A stretch of 64,000 nt of DNA from Azolla caroliniana (Eukaryota > Plantae > Polypodiophyta): contig JBHGNT010000021.1 in assembly GCA_043228905.1 (NCBI GenBank), forward strand, positions 8,990,001 to 9,054,000. The letters are read 5' to 3'. A program made the translations under genes and the position numbers. The notes beneath the pieces are model-generated. The model saw only the letters and a list, made by a program, of their open reading frames with translations. It was not told the DNA's origin and searched no databases. Of this stretch, positions 1 to 13,497 are shown in pieces. The stretch's first letter is position 1; the number at the start of each line of letters is the position of its first letter.

Positions 1-1604
1 ACAGGAATTCGAGTTCGAAATATTCCACCGACCCGGTATACAACATGCCGTAGCAGATTATTTAAGCCGATTAGAGTCCGGAGAGACGAGCGACGGAGTA
101 GCAGACGAGTTTCCGGATGCGGAGCTGTTTTGAGTCACTACGGAAACGGCAGCAGATGAAGCGGTGGCATAGGAAGACAAGTGGCTCACAAATATGCACC
201 AGTTTCTGAGCACAGGACTGCCTCCGGAGGAGATGAACCAGGACGAAAGGAAACGCCTGGTGGTGCAAAGCCGACATTTCTGCTTACTGCGAGACACTTT
301 ACCACAAGGGCGCGGACGACATATGGAGACGGGTTGTGCGCAATGATGAAAAGGACCTCATACTGAGGGAAGCCCATTGCGGAGTTGCCGAAGATGCGAC
401 GGCCAGGAAAATATGGCAAAGTGGCCTATGGTGGCCAACTACATTAAGAGATGTTGTACAGTACGCAAAAGAATGTGACCTATGCCAGCGAATGGGCCAG
501 CCAACAGAGCAAGCTCGGATGCCACACCAGCTTGTACTACCACTCGAACCATTCCAGAAGTGGGGGCTGGACTTTGTTGGACCGTTCAAACCACCGGCAA
601 TGAGAACAGGTAATCGGTACATCATCGTCGCGACGGATTACTGCACGAAATGGGTGGAGGCCAAAGCCTTAAGAGACAACACCGCTGCGTCAACGGCAAA
701 ATTTCTATACGAATACATCTGGTGCCGTTACGGATGCCCAATCGAATTAATAAGCGACCAAGGGGGGCACTTTCTCGGCCAAGTAGTTGAAAGCCTAACG
801 ACATTCTATGTCGTTGTCCATAAATGGAGCACACCGTACTATCCGCAAGCAAACAGGTTAGCTGAGTCGACGAACAAAACGCTCCAGAATATCCTTCAAA
901 AGATCGTCAACGAAAACCGAACGGATTGGGATACCAAGCTACATAGCGCGCTTTGGGCATACCGGACAGCATACAAAACGAGCATCCGAACAACACCGTT
1001 CCGGTTAGCGTTCGGACTAGATGCGGTCATGCTGGTGGAATTCCAAGTACCAAGCTTACGAATCCAGCTACGGGAACGACTGAACGAGAAGGAGTCGGAG
1101 GCAATACGGTTAACAGCGTTGTGTGAACTCGAGGAACAACAACTAGCAAGCATCTTGCACTTAGAATTGGAACAACAGCGACGGAAAGCATTTGTCGACC
1201 GACACACGAAAGGAAATGAAAAAATGTTCGAAATCGGCAAGCCGGTGTTAGTATTTCAGACCCGGATGGGCAAGATTCCGGGTAAACTATGGTTTAGATG
1301 GACCGGCCCGTATTGGCTGACATGTGAGTATAATGGGTCCTACCAGTTAGGGACACTTGCCGGCGAAGTGCTAGGCAAATGGGTCAATGGATTCAGATTG
1401 AAGCCATATAGAGGACCGATGCCCAAGAACCCATTTGAGCAAAGGACCGACACCGGATTGGGAACCGGTGCGGAAACGGCAACCTGTGAGGGAAACGGCA
1501 ACCACCAAGACGGAGGAGACGGCAAGCTGGTAACTGGGGAGAATGAGGCGATGGCAAACCGTAATGAGGCTGGTAAGGGTCCGATAGGACCAACGGACAA
1601 GTAA
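1..1604 (+). pseudogene. gypsy pol C-terminus (RNase H end + integrase), disrupted 5' of 336
   Basis: ORF 336-1604 has the zinc-binding and DDE integrase motifs; the upstream part (QEFEFEIFHRPG) contains stops and a frameshift. Confidence 0.9.
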
Positions 1605-1975
1605 CCTCACACTACATTTTATCAAAAAAAAGAAAAAAAGCGAAGTAATCATGCAAAAGCGAGGTATGAACGGACAAGAGAGTGAGGAGCGAAAAGGTAC
1701 GTAGTGGGCATTTAAGTGCCACCACAGGACATAATGCTATTTTAGGACACGACCTGCACACGCTCGAAAAAGGCGCCAGAATGAACAGAGAAAAACCACA
1801 GTGCATGGAGACCTTCTCATTTCGCGAACCCAAGAGCACAGAAGCACCAAGGCTTTGGCAGATCACCAGACGAGAACCTACGCACAGAGAACCCCCGCTT
1901 TCTGAACTCTCTCTCTCTCACTCTCACTCTCATCACCATCCAACCTCGCCACCACAATCCAACCTCGACACAGAC

Positions 1976-4858
1976 ATGGACCCGCAAACGCTAACGGAAG
2001 CCGCCAAGAAATGGCTAAAGCAACACGAGTTTGAGGGCTTCTTGACGATTATGGAGGCACCGCCACACAAAGAAGCCGACAAGGTGATCAAAGAAATCGA
2101 CACAGAGGTCATAACGGAGGAGGCGATCCGTGCATTAACAGGCCTTCCGGAGGGAGTCATATTCACGATCGACAATCCGACCTCGGAGCAACTCATCAAG
2201 TATTTTGGTGAGTACTCCCTAGCCAGCAAGGGCTACCGGACACAGGGCGGCGGAGATATGCTGTTCCGCAAGATTGCCCATGTGCTCCACGAATACGACC
2301 ATGTGTACCCTAGACCCCCTGTCATGCCGCAGAACCGGGCAGGGATGATCATCGCCACCTATGAAGGGATCAAGGTGGATTGCCCGGTATTGATCGCAGA
2401 CGGTTTGTGTGCGGCGATCGAGATCGTCAGAGGAAAAGACAACAAAGAAGGCCGAGACGGACGGAAGATATGGCACGCAGTAACGCAGTGGCTCACCTTG
2501 CTTGTGCCACCCGTCGAGCCCGTCCAACCCAAGAAGCGTGGAAGAGTGGCGGACGGCACCCCAAAGACTGCTTCCAAAAGACAACAGTTGTTGGCCTCTA
2601 AGGCCACTAAGGGGAAGGCGGCGGACGCAGAATAGGCGGGAAAGGAGAGCGCCAGCCGGAAGCAGCCAACGGATGAGCAGGAGGAACCACCAGTACGGCC
2701 CGTAAAGATTACACTCCACCGACTGGTGAATAGAGAAGCAGACCCCTTGGCGGCGAAACTCAATGCCGGGACTTAGGAAGAGGAAATAAAGGAGGAGCCT
2801 ACGGAGCACCTCCAGCGACGGTCGTCGGCAAGGACCGTTGAGGCAGCCGGGAAACGTTCGGACCCTCAGACAGAGGGAACACCGGCTCCCCATACTGAGA
2901 CTCCCATGCCAAGGGAGGAACCGGAACCGGTGCGCATGGCACCGGAATTAGAAGCCCCTGCACCACCGGCACCACCGGCAAGTCCCGTTCCGCCAAAGCA
3001 GGAAAGGTCAATGCAGCCTCCCTCGGCCAACCAAGAAGAAGCGCAAGGGGAACCAGGACAGCAGGGTGGTCCATGGGCAGAAACAGAATTGCAACTCGGC
3101 GCAATCAGGCGGGACCACCCACCCACAAGCGAGCCCATCCGTCAAACCTCCGTGCAAGCGCAACAACAATGCATCGGTAGCCTGTGGCTCCGGTGGATAG
3201 GCGAACAGATTGTCGGAGCAGTGGGGTATATTGAGGTGGAAGAAAGAGCGCAAAGCGAACGGTTGCTTGTCACAACCGAACAACTAGAGACGGCCCGGTC
3301 TAGAATCCGGTGCCTTGAAAAAGACTTCGATCAGGTCACGACAGAAATAGCCAAAATGGCCTTAATGGCAACACAGATCCAAGCACCGGTGACTCCAGTA
3401 AGTGTACAGAATAAAGAAATAGACCAACCTGTACATACTAATAAGACCCCGGCAACGGAAAACGTTCCAGAGAGAGATGCGGCGCAAGCCCAGGAGCTTG
3501 CGGAATTGAGAGATGAACTTGCCGCACAAGAAGCGCTAAGGAGCCGTGAACAGGAATTGAAGACAGCGGCCGAAGCAGAATTAAAGAAGACTGCTGAGAA
3601 CCTCCGTCGGGCAGAGGAGAGCCTCTGGAAAGGCCATCAAGCGTACGACCAACTAAGGGAGGAAAAAGACAAAGTGCTGCAGGAAAAGGACAAGCTGCGG
3701 AAGATGGCGGAAACGGAAATTGAACGGCTAAAGGAGGAGCTCCGCCAGCAGAAGGACCGCGAGGACCGGGCCCATCGACAGATCAACGTACGGCTCAAGC
3801 AAAAGACAGATGATTTTGAGCCCCTGCATCGGGACTACAAACGGCTGGAAACGGAGCATAAGGAACGGATGGCCAAGCTCCAACAGGAAGTTGATCGGGC
3901 CACGACGGCGCTCGCCGACGAACGAGCGGAAAATACAAGACGGTTGGAAGAGGCGGAGAAGGTTCGGATGGAGCTCCAAAGGCAGCAGTAGGAAGAAAGG
4001 GAGAGAGCGTCAACGGTATTGCAAAAATTACAAAGCACATATCAAGGGCAATTGACGCATTACAAGGAGCAGGCGGAAGATAATGTCAAAATCATCAAGC
4101 AATTGAAGGAGGAACGGCAAGCTGCGGAGATCAAATCGCAGATGGGAACGGGCCGGATTCAGTGCATCCTCCGGGCATGGTTGAATCAGACAAAACGCTT
4201 GATTGACGAAAGCTCTGTAAGATGGTGGAAAAAGTGGGCACAAAATACGACGGAACTCCAATTGCTACGGGCAGACGTGGAAAACCAGTGGAAGGAAGGA
4301 GATGATTGTTACACGTGGACTTCCGAGGACTTCACCGCCATACGGGACGAGCTGGCTGAAGACTTCCAAGTCCTGGCGGATGAACAGCTAGTGCAGGTCT
4401 GACAACTCGTAGCTCAGCTAGACGATGATAGGCTGGACGCTCAAATCCAGTTTGAGAGCCACGAGCGGTCCTGGGTTCGGGAAGAAAAAGCACGGGAAGC
4501 GGCAACGGTTAACCTTAGTGATGAGGAACCGGCGCCGAACGAGGGCCAGGCCGGAACCAGTCAACCGGAGACCACTACGACGGAGGGAGCAACGACGGTA
4601 ACGCCGATGTTAGAGCAACAAATGGAGGCGCAGCCGCAGCAGCCACCAACGGACCAGTCGCAGCAGCCATCAACGGAGCAACAACAACAACCACAACAAC
4701 AACAACCAATTCCAGATGAACCATTGGAGACTCTCGAACAAAGCATTCTGGATATTTTGACAAAGAATAGCAAGGGTCGGATGGTGGATTCGACGTACAA
4801 GGTACTGTCCCACGGGCGTGCCATGTGTTACCGGCCGGCAAAGGAGTCCAGAGTGTGA
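1976..4858 (+). pseudogene. extra 3' ORF of gypsy family A (~960 codons; globular N-terminus, low-complexity linker, long coiled coil), with in-frame stops
   Basis: ORF pieces 1682-2635, 2906-3991, 4019-4402 and 4607-4858 share one frame. Homologous pieces recur at 43400-44830 (+) and 29001-30230 (-). Confidence 0.75.
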
Positions 4859-5259
4859 AACGAAGGAGTTATTTAATTATTAAGGAATGGTTGTAAGTGA
4901 GCTATTAGTGTGGACAGACGGACCGGAATCGGTATGCCGTTCCGGATCCGGACCGATCCCGAACAGGTGCGGATGGCACCGTTTTGTACTACAAACCGGA
5001 AACCTATTTAAAGGCCCGGATACAATGTAATGTGGAGAGGATAATTAATGAAGCTTAGTGTTTTATCTCTCTGTGTTAATTGTCGTTCTGCATTCATTGT
5101 TATATCTTACATGTGTGATTATTAAGGACGATCTTGCTAAGTAATCTAATTAAGTCGGATTAATCCTTGAGCCTAATCCTCTTGTCATAACACCCCTTTG
5201 GTGAAGTGTCTTCCGTAGACACCCTGTGTTAGGCCATTGTCCGGCCCTAAGAGTTAACA
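4826..5259 (+). repeat. 3' LTR of gypsy family A
   Basis: TGTTA..TAACA ends, TATTTAAA box near 5004; the start is similar to the inverted LTR edge at 44828-44888. Confidence 0.7.
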
Positions 5260-6690
5260 CCTGCATTATGATCTCTCAACGACACTACATTCTCAACTTG
5301 TTATACAAGTTCCAGATGACTGAGTGCAAATTGGTCGCTACACCTCTCGATCGAAACCTCAAACTAGATGATGCCTCCGGCACAGACGAGTGTGAGCCAA
5401 CCCAATATCGTCAACTGATCGGGATCCTCATCTATCTCACGATCACTCGACCTGACCTTAGCTATCTAGTCAGACTCCTCAGCCAATTCATGCAAAAACC
5501 ACGCGACATTCATTGGGATTGCGCTAAGCGAATATTACGATATCTGAGCGGCACAACAGATTACGACATTCTCTATGCATCGGCCACACCAATACGACTC
5601 AAAGGGTACACAGACGCAGACTGGGCTGGCTACAAAGCCAATTGACGATCGACCTCCAGATTTGTCTTCTCCCTCGGTAGCGGAGCGATTTCGTGGAGTA
5701 GCAAGAAGCAGCCTACCGTCGCTCTTTCGAGTACGGAGGCGGAATACAGGGGCGCAACCGTAGCTGCATGTGACGTCGTATGGCTTAGGAGGATTTTGAA
5801 GGATCTGGGCGTTCCCATCAAGGATCTGATTCCCCTTTAGTGCGACAACATGAGCAATATATATCTTGCTCGGAACCCGGTGTTCCACGCATGCACAAAG
5901 TATATCGAAGTGCACTATCACTTCATTCAAGAGCACGTACAGGCCGGAGATGTCGACCTTCAACATATCAACACGAACCTTCAAACGGCTGATATCTTCA
6001 CCAAAGCCTTAGGAGCCGACAAGCTTCGGCAATTCATGTCAGACCTTGGATTGACGATCCCTGACTTGCCAAGCTTGAGGGGGAGTACAAGCGAGAACCG
6101 GATACCGTCCGAACTGAGTACCAGCCGAAGCGAACACCGGAGATTGTCCGAACCGGATACCAACTAAAGCGGACATCAATCGAAAGGAACCAACCCGAGT
6201 TGAGCTTGAGGGGGCGTGTTGAGAATCAAGCTCAACATAGCACAACGTGTGAACACACCTTTTGAGAATCTATGATTACTCAAAGGTCAAGAGTCACACC
6301 ACTACTCTCTACACATTAACTATGTGTCATAGATTCATATTCTATGACACATAACTAATGAGTTACATATTCCCCATGACTATGAGTCTTCACATTCCCC
6401 AAGAGAGAGAGTGGTTGTTGTAAGTTAATGAAGAGAGAGGGTGACTATATATAAAGCACCCTCCTCATACTTCATACCAAGTCGGTTGTGACTCCTTGAA
6501 ATGCTACATTTTCATTTATCATATTCTCCTTGTTAATATACATCTCCTTCTTCTTGAGTACTTCATTTTGTCTCTTATCCATCTTGTGTTTCTCTCCTCT
6601 CCTCTTTCCTCTCACACATACACATAACACACATCTCTTCCGCTACACAAGAATCACCATCGATTCTTTACAGGCATTAACATATCAACA
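5260..6690 (+). mobile_element. Ty1/copia 3' remnant: RT end, RNase H, PPT and 3' LTR (6217-6690)
   Basis: LIYLTITRPD, GYTDADWAG, SSTEAEY, TKYIEVHYHF, ADIFTK motifs; PPT TTGAGGGGGCG before TGTTGAG at 6217; ends TCAACA at 6690. Confidence 0.85.
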
Positions 6691-6899
6691 CATCCAAACT
6701 TAATTTAAGTTCAAATGTTCTCCACTCGAAGACCTATCATGTTTTTTTAATTTTGCAAATTCTAATCAAGTTGTGGAACATGTGATACTAGTGCATTCAA
6801 TTTTTGTAGAGTGGGTATATTTGGATATTTTCAAGAACAATCTACAAGTGGAATGCGCAAGCCTTCTACTTGTGAACACGAACGTATTAGAAGAAGATT

Positions 6900-7640
6900 C
6901 AAGATGAATAGTCAAATGTGAAGCGCTCTTCCTACCGAGAAACTCGACAGAAACAAATTTGCATCTTCGGAATAGAAGATGCACCAATACCTTGCCGGCC
7001 AAGGCTATTGGGGCTACACCAAAGGAGCACATGAAACGCAACCCAACCCGACACATGCCAACTACCCAACCTAGGAGCAGGCTGCAAGTCGTGTGTTGTA
7101 CTGCCTGGCACAATGCATACATGATCACATGCTCCTCTACATTCGAGAAGCAAAAACGTTGAAGGAGGCGTGTGGGAACCTCAAGAAAATCTTCGCAGCC
7201 AATATGGTTGCTCACAAGCTTCAACTCCGTCAGCAACACCTTGAACATCAAGGAGTTGTGCGATGCCCTCCGGTCGATCAATGTCAGCATTAATGACGAT
7301 GAAATAGTGCAGATATGCATCGGAGGCTTGGCACCTCAGTTCCACGCAATAAGGTCAGACATTCTCACAAGATAGAATCCTCCCTTGTGTAGTTAATGTT
7401 ACTAGTTGAAGAAAACCATGTCCACTCGAGGAGCAATGTGCAAGAGGTACACATGATCTATTCGAACTTAGATGGAGGAAGAGGACAAGGTCGTCACAGA
7501 AGAGGTTGATTCAAGCATGGCCAACACAACCTAGGGCAATCCCATGAGCACAACTTCTACTATCGACAAGATGTCACGAACACATGAGGAGGAGCCTCGG
7601 GTATAAGGGGGAGCAATCATGTTGGACCTACCTGACAAAA
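6900..7640 (+). pseudogene. decayed copia gag fragment
   Basis: Frameshifted similarity to the gag at 41267-41806 (EKLDR..KMHQYL.G.GYWGY; KELCDALRSINVSINDDEIVQICIGGLA). Confidence 0.7.
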
Positions 7641-7654
7641 CAACTCCGTCTTGT

Positions 7655-9673
7655 ATGGGCATTTAAGGCATTATGTACAAATGTGTATGTTATACATTCT
7701 TATGTTTTTTTATACGCAATTTACCTTAAATTTCTTACATTTAAAAAAAATTACCTTATAATAAATGATGAATAGAAAAGAGTGGCATTTACCATACTTC
7801 GAGGGTGTTTACCATTCTCAAATGTGAATGCACATATGGTATGTATGGTTCTTACTATGATTTATACAACTGAAGAATAATAAGATAAATGGCCTATAGG
7901 ACAAACTATATCACATATAATACTTACATGTGAACAAGTAATAGTAATAACATAAATGGCGTACGTACTATGTTGAATTCTCAAAGGGTGTGGGATCACA
8001 AAAAGAAAAGCAAAAAGAGAAATCCTTATAGTTCCCACAATTATGTTTGTAGCTATCCATGGTGGTGGTGGTAGTGGGGTTTTAGAATAAGGAAGGCAAC
8101 ATTGGCAATCCTTTAGCTTGAATATATGGCTCTGCTTAAGCAACTACCATTGCCCTTCTTCATATTCCTTTGGCCATGCTTAACAATAGAATCATGGGGA
8201 TTAATACCCCCACCTAACATTGATGGCATTATTATTGACCGGAAAGCCTTTCCTGATAATTTCAAATTAGCTGCCCTCACATTGTCATGGACAAGTACGA
8301 GACACATGGGCATTTAAGGTATTATGTACGAATGCGTATATTATCAAAACATTCTTAGGTTTTTCTTTTAACGTTGTTTACCTTAAATATCTTACCTTTA
8401 AAATAAATTACCTTATAATAATTGATGAATACAAAAGTATGGTATCTACCATGCTTTAAGGGTGTTTACCATACTCGAATGAATGAAACATTCTCGAATG
8501 TGAATGCACGTATGGTATGTATGGTTCATACTATGATTTATACAACTAAAGAATAATAACATAAATGGCCTATTCCACAAAAGATATCATAAATATTATT
8601 TACCTACGAACCAATAGTAATAACATTAATGGCGTACATAATATGCTGAATTATCAAAGGGTGTATTTTCCGCATGCTTCTCGTGTGGGATCACAAAAAG
8701 AATAGGAGAAAGAGAGATAGTTATGGTTCGGACAATTATGTTTGTAGCTATGTATGGTGGTGGTGGTAGTGGGGTTTAAGAAAAAGGAAGGCAACATTAG
8801 CATAGTCATTTAGCTTGAATACATATGGCTATGCTTAAGCAACTACCATTGCCCTTCTTCTTCTTCTTACCTTTATAAACAATTGCCTTATAAAAAATGA
8901 TATATTATCAAAACATTCTTTATGTTTTTCTTTTACGCATTTTACCATAAATTTCTTACCTTTTAAAAAAATTTACCTTATAAATAAATGATGTTTACCA
9001 TAAATTTCTTACATTTTAAAAAAATTTACCTTATAAATAAATGATGAATACAAAAAAGTATGGTATTTACCATTCTTCTAGGGTGTTTACTATTCTGGAA
9101 TGACTTGAAACATTCTCGAATCCAAATACACGTAGTACATACTATGATTTATACAACCGAAGAATAATAAGGTGAATGGCCTATACATATATAGGACAAA
9201 AGATATCACAAAATAATATTTACCTGAGAACAAGTAATAGTGATAAGATAAATGGGGGGGGGGGGGGGTATACACAATATGCTGAATTTCTCAAAAGGGT
9301 GTATTTTCCACATGCTTCTCGTGTGGGATCACAAAAAAGAAACGCAGAAAGAGAGATAGTTATGGTGAAATCTGACAAATTATCACAAAAAGAAACGAAG
9401 GAAGAGAGATAGTTATGGTGAAATCTGACAAGTTATCACAAAAAGAAACGCAGGAACAGAGATAGTTATGGTGAAATCTGACAAATTATCACAAAAAGAA
9501 ACGCAGGAAGAGAGATAGTTATGGTGAAATCTGACAAATTATCACAAAAAGAAACGCAGGAAGAGAGATAGTTATGATGAAATCTGACAAAATTTATGGT
9601 GGTGGTGGTAGTGGGGGTTTAAGAATAAGGAAGGCTAACATTATTAGTAGTCCTTCAGCAAGCTTGAATACAC
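7655..9673 (+). repeat. tandem partial duplications of the GH1 upstream region plus exon 1
   Basis: ATGGCT(C/A)TGCTTAAGCAACTACCA occurs at 8126, 8826 and 9674, each preceded by similar GGTGGTGGTAGTGGGG...AGGAAGGC upstream sequence; the exon-1 end TGGGCATTTAAGG recurs near 7656 and 8307. Confidence 0.85.
9328..9591. repeat. 53-bp minisatellite, ~5 copies, immediately upstream of the GH1 start codon
   Basis: Unit ATCACAAAAAGAAACGCAGGAAGAGAGATAGTTATGGTGAAATCTGACAAATT starts at 9328, 9382, 9435, 9488 and 9541. Confidence 0.9.
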
Positions 9674-12600
9674 ATGGCTCTGCTTAAGCAACTACCATGG
9701 CCCTTCTTCTTCTTCTTCTTCTTCCTTTGCTCATGCTTAACAATAGAATCATGGGGATTAAAAGCCCCACCTAGCAGTAATGGCATTATTATTGATGAGG
9801 ATTATGATAGCTTCCCTAACGATACTTACATCGACCGGAGAGCCTTTCCCGACAATTTTAAGTTCGGTGCCCTCACATGGGCATTTAAGGTATATATATA
9901 TATATGTGTGCAAGCAAATTTATAATTCTACATTTTGTATACATTGCTTGTATTCTAATGGATTTCATTACTTGTGATTCTAATCTTGTAAAGCTTACCC
10001 CGCATAACTAAATTTGTGTGTAATATATTGTACAGCATGAAGGAGCTGCCTTCATTGATGGTAAAAGTGTGAGCACTTGGGATGCTTTTGCTCTAGAAGA
10101 TGGTTTGTGCTCTTGATTTTCTTCTTATATATATATTCATCTCTCACTAACTCCTCATTAAGCTTTTTACTATTATTGGTGATTAGGGTTTAGGGTTTAA
10201 GGTTTTGGTAATGCATATATATATACATACTGTTTCGATTAGTTCTACATGTAAACTTGAGCTCATAATTTCATCTCTGTGCAGGAATAGTAGAGGATAA
10301 CACTACTCCGAATGATGGTGGTGATCAATATCATCACTACCATGTAATTTTATTTATTTATTTGTTGTCGTTGAAGGGAAGTATACAATGTCAGAATTAA
10401 GGATCTAATAATACATGGTATATAATGTGATGTAATTATAGGAGGATATTCAATTAATGGCGGACCTCGGTTTGGATAGCTATAGATTCTCCATCGCATG
10501 GACTCGAATTCTCCCAAGTAACTAATTCCATCCATCCAACCATTTTTGTAATTAACCGATGGTAATTAGCATATATTCATAATTTGTAGTACACAATACT
10601 TTGTTCAATGTAAGCAACTTCACAATCGGTATCACAATTTCTCCTTAATCCCGATTTTAGCTCACGACCAAGCAGATTTCTGACAGAAGAATTGACTTGT
10701 TGCGTATATATAATCCGTTGATCAGATGGGAGTAGGGGTGATGTTAACCAAGCGGGTATTGATTTTTACAATGATCTAATCAACAGTCTCATCGATGCAG
10801 GTACATAATTTGTGGCTAATGCATAAATATACTCCTCATGTTAATAAATATATACTTAACTTACTACCACATATATATATATATATATATATATGGTATG
10901 TCAGGGATTGAAGCTATGGTGACATTGTACGAGCAAGATATGCCGCAGAGTCTGGAAGAGAGCTATGGAGGATTATTGAGTCCCTTATTCATGTGCGTAC
11001 CTTTTTTCCGTGCACTCCATCCATGTTAACTAATCAATTTAACTCTCCGCGCATGCATACATATATACATACATACATACATACATACATATGCATACAT
11101 ATGCATGCATATAGGACAAGAAAGAACACCAAATGGATTTGGTTGTTTATGATTCTCATATATAATTGTGGGTGTTTATTTGGGGCTAGAGATGATTTCG
11201 TGTACTATGCCAACGTATGCTTCGATGCATTTGGGGATCGAGTGAAGCATTGGGTGACATTCGACGAGGCGAATGACTTCGTGCCATGGGGGTATGCTGG
11301 GAGGGCGGCCCCGCCTGGGAGGTGTAGCATTCCCACTTACGTCCTCCCATCTAACTGCACTATCGGGGACTCTGCTACTGAACCCTACATTGCAGCACAC
11401 CATGTCCTCCTTGCACATGCGTCGGCAGTTGAACTATATCGACAGAAATACCTAGTGAGTCACCACTACCTCTAGCTAAAAGCATCAAGTCAAGCTAATG
11501 CTCACTAGAAACTATATGAAGTGACAACATTATATTGGTGGACAAACATATTATATTAATAATATGGCAAACGTTTGGACAACCATATGAACAATAACAT
11601 TGTATTAGTCCAAGCAATCTTCATAATACTTGTCTCTCTTTGATATATATATATATATATATATATATGTATAGGGAAGTCAACATGGTGATATTGGAAT
11701 GGTCATATGGTTCAAGTGGTATGAGCCACTTAGCAATTCGACGGCAGACCTAGAGGCATCCGAGAGGGCCATGCAATTCACAGTTGGATGGTTTATACAA
11801 CCTCTACTTAAAGGGGAGTACCCTCAAGTAATGAGGGAAATGCTAGGATCACGCCTACCAAATTTTACAACAGAGGAGTCCATCCGTTTGAGAGGCTCTA
11901 TCGACTTTCTTGGCTTGAATTCTGTCACCGCCATCTATTGCACCTACGATGATCACTATCTTCCCAACACTGGATATTGGCAGGACATTAACATTACACG
12001 AACTGGTGATATACATATATTTATCTACATATATATTATTAGTCATCAATTACCCAAGTTCATAAGTTTCTCATAATGTTTTCATGTCCAATATACTCAC
12101 ACCATGCATGGCCTTCGTTGATCCAGGTTATAAAGATAACATTCCAATTGGTGAGTACACTGGAGACTATGTTGTTCCATGGTGCATTGAGAAAAGCCTT
12201 GCCTATGTGAGGGAGCATTATGACAACTTCCCCACGTACATCACATCATTAGGTAAAAAATCGGATACACTCTTCACATGCATGCATGTAGGTGCACACA
12301 TCTTCCCATTCATATTAAAATATTTATAAAAGAATAAAATAGAAATCCCCTACACATGCTATATCAAGTCATGTTGTTTGTCGTACAAACCATTGCTTCT
12401 ATATGACTTAGCTCACATATTCTTCATCGATGTGAGATGGGGTGTTGGGGTACGAGATACAATGAATATACTTGTCAATTATCCATACGTTGGTGTAAAC
12501 TTATTCGACAACTTAATTATCATGCTTTGATATATGACTAATATAAACTCTTACTACGCACAATCATGAAATGTCATCTATCTCTCTATTCATGTTGTCA

Positions 12601-13497
12601 TCATTGCTCTTGTTTGGGTTTTCTCTTGGAATGTCAATAGTTTCTACTTCTAAAACTCTTCACATGTAATCTTATGCATAGTAATTATCGGCCTTTCGTT
12701 GTCTACATTGTATTCGAAATATATTGTGTGCCACCAATTTTTATTAATTAGATGTTGAACTCTAAGTGCTTGGATGCATGTAGGTCATGATACATAAAAG
12801 CATCAAGTTGTATTTGGCAACTTCCTATTTCTCGTGATAAGAATCACAACCATTGAAATACTCTTTGGAAATGTGTGTCATATTAAGTTGATGTCTAGTT
12901 CTCTTTGCATAGACAGAATTACTTAAGAGACATAGCATGTCTAAAAGTAAGACCTTAATTTCACAAGTGTGGCAAATAAATGAAATGCTTTGTGAGTACA
13001 TAACCATTAAAATAATTCTTAACAATGAAGACTTATAATTGAAAAAAATGCTGCAACACCTTGTTTTATGTTTTTAGTTGTTGGGTTGGTTTAATCTAAA
13101 TATCAATCATGTGGATTGTTTTATGTTTTTAGGTGCTGGATTTAATGCAAGCCTTAATGATGTGGATCGTATAAGATACTATTCATCATACATGAAGTCC
13201 TTGATTGTCGGAATAAGGTAATGCCTCTATCATATGTTATCTCATTTATCTAACAAATGGACCTAACATTTATCGATAAATGGCTTTTTCTCTTCTTCAT
13301 AATACAGAAATGGGTCAAACGTTTTGGGATTATACATATGGTCTCTTATTGATGGATTTGAGTCCGTTTATGGTTTATCAACACAAAAGTTTGGAATAAT
13401 TTATGTTGATGAAGAGTTCAATAGATATCCAAGGCTCTCAGCGTTATGGTTTAAGAATATGCTAACCACATACAACTTTAGTAAATCATATATGTGA
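9674..13497 (+). CDS. glycoside hydrolase family 1 (beta-glucosidase-like) protein, 11 exons, ~525 aa, N-terminal signal peptide, catalytic nucleophile absent
   Basis: Exons 9674-9889, 10036-10102, 10285-10343, 10442-10517, 10726-10800, 10905-10992, 11190-11454, 11675-12005, 12127-12252, 13133-13217, 13308-13497, all GT-AG and in phase (1578 nt). Motifs [67 protein letters not shown]. Confidence 0.92.

Larger units (their letters stand above)
1..5259 (+). mobile_element. Ty3/gypsy non-chromovirus LTR retrotransposon (family A, copy 1), 3' half: RNase H/integrase, extra 3' ORF, 3' LTR; inserted into a copia RT
   Basis: Integrase motifs (HC..C..CQ, WGLDFVGP, ISDQG, YPQAN..AE) at 336-1604; long downstream ORF; LTR TGTTA...TAACA at 4826-5259; copia RT (IMISQRHY) resumes at 5260. 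Confidence 0.88.

Noticed and set aside
9328-9591. 53-bp repeat as a CRISPR-like array
   Set aside because: Units are contiguous with no spacers; ordinary minisatellite.
10183-10202. TTAGGGTTTAGGG telomere-like motif in a GH1 intron
   Set aside because: Only about two units; short telo-box motifs are common in plant introns.
10871-11668. (TA)n and (CATA)n tracts in GH1 introns; also (GT)n near 18421 and (AG)n near 32881
   Set aside because: Ordinary microsatellites.
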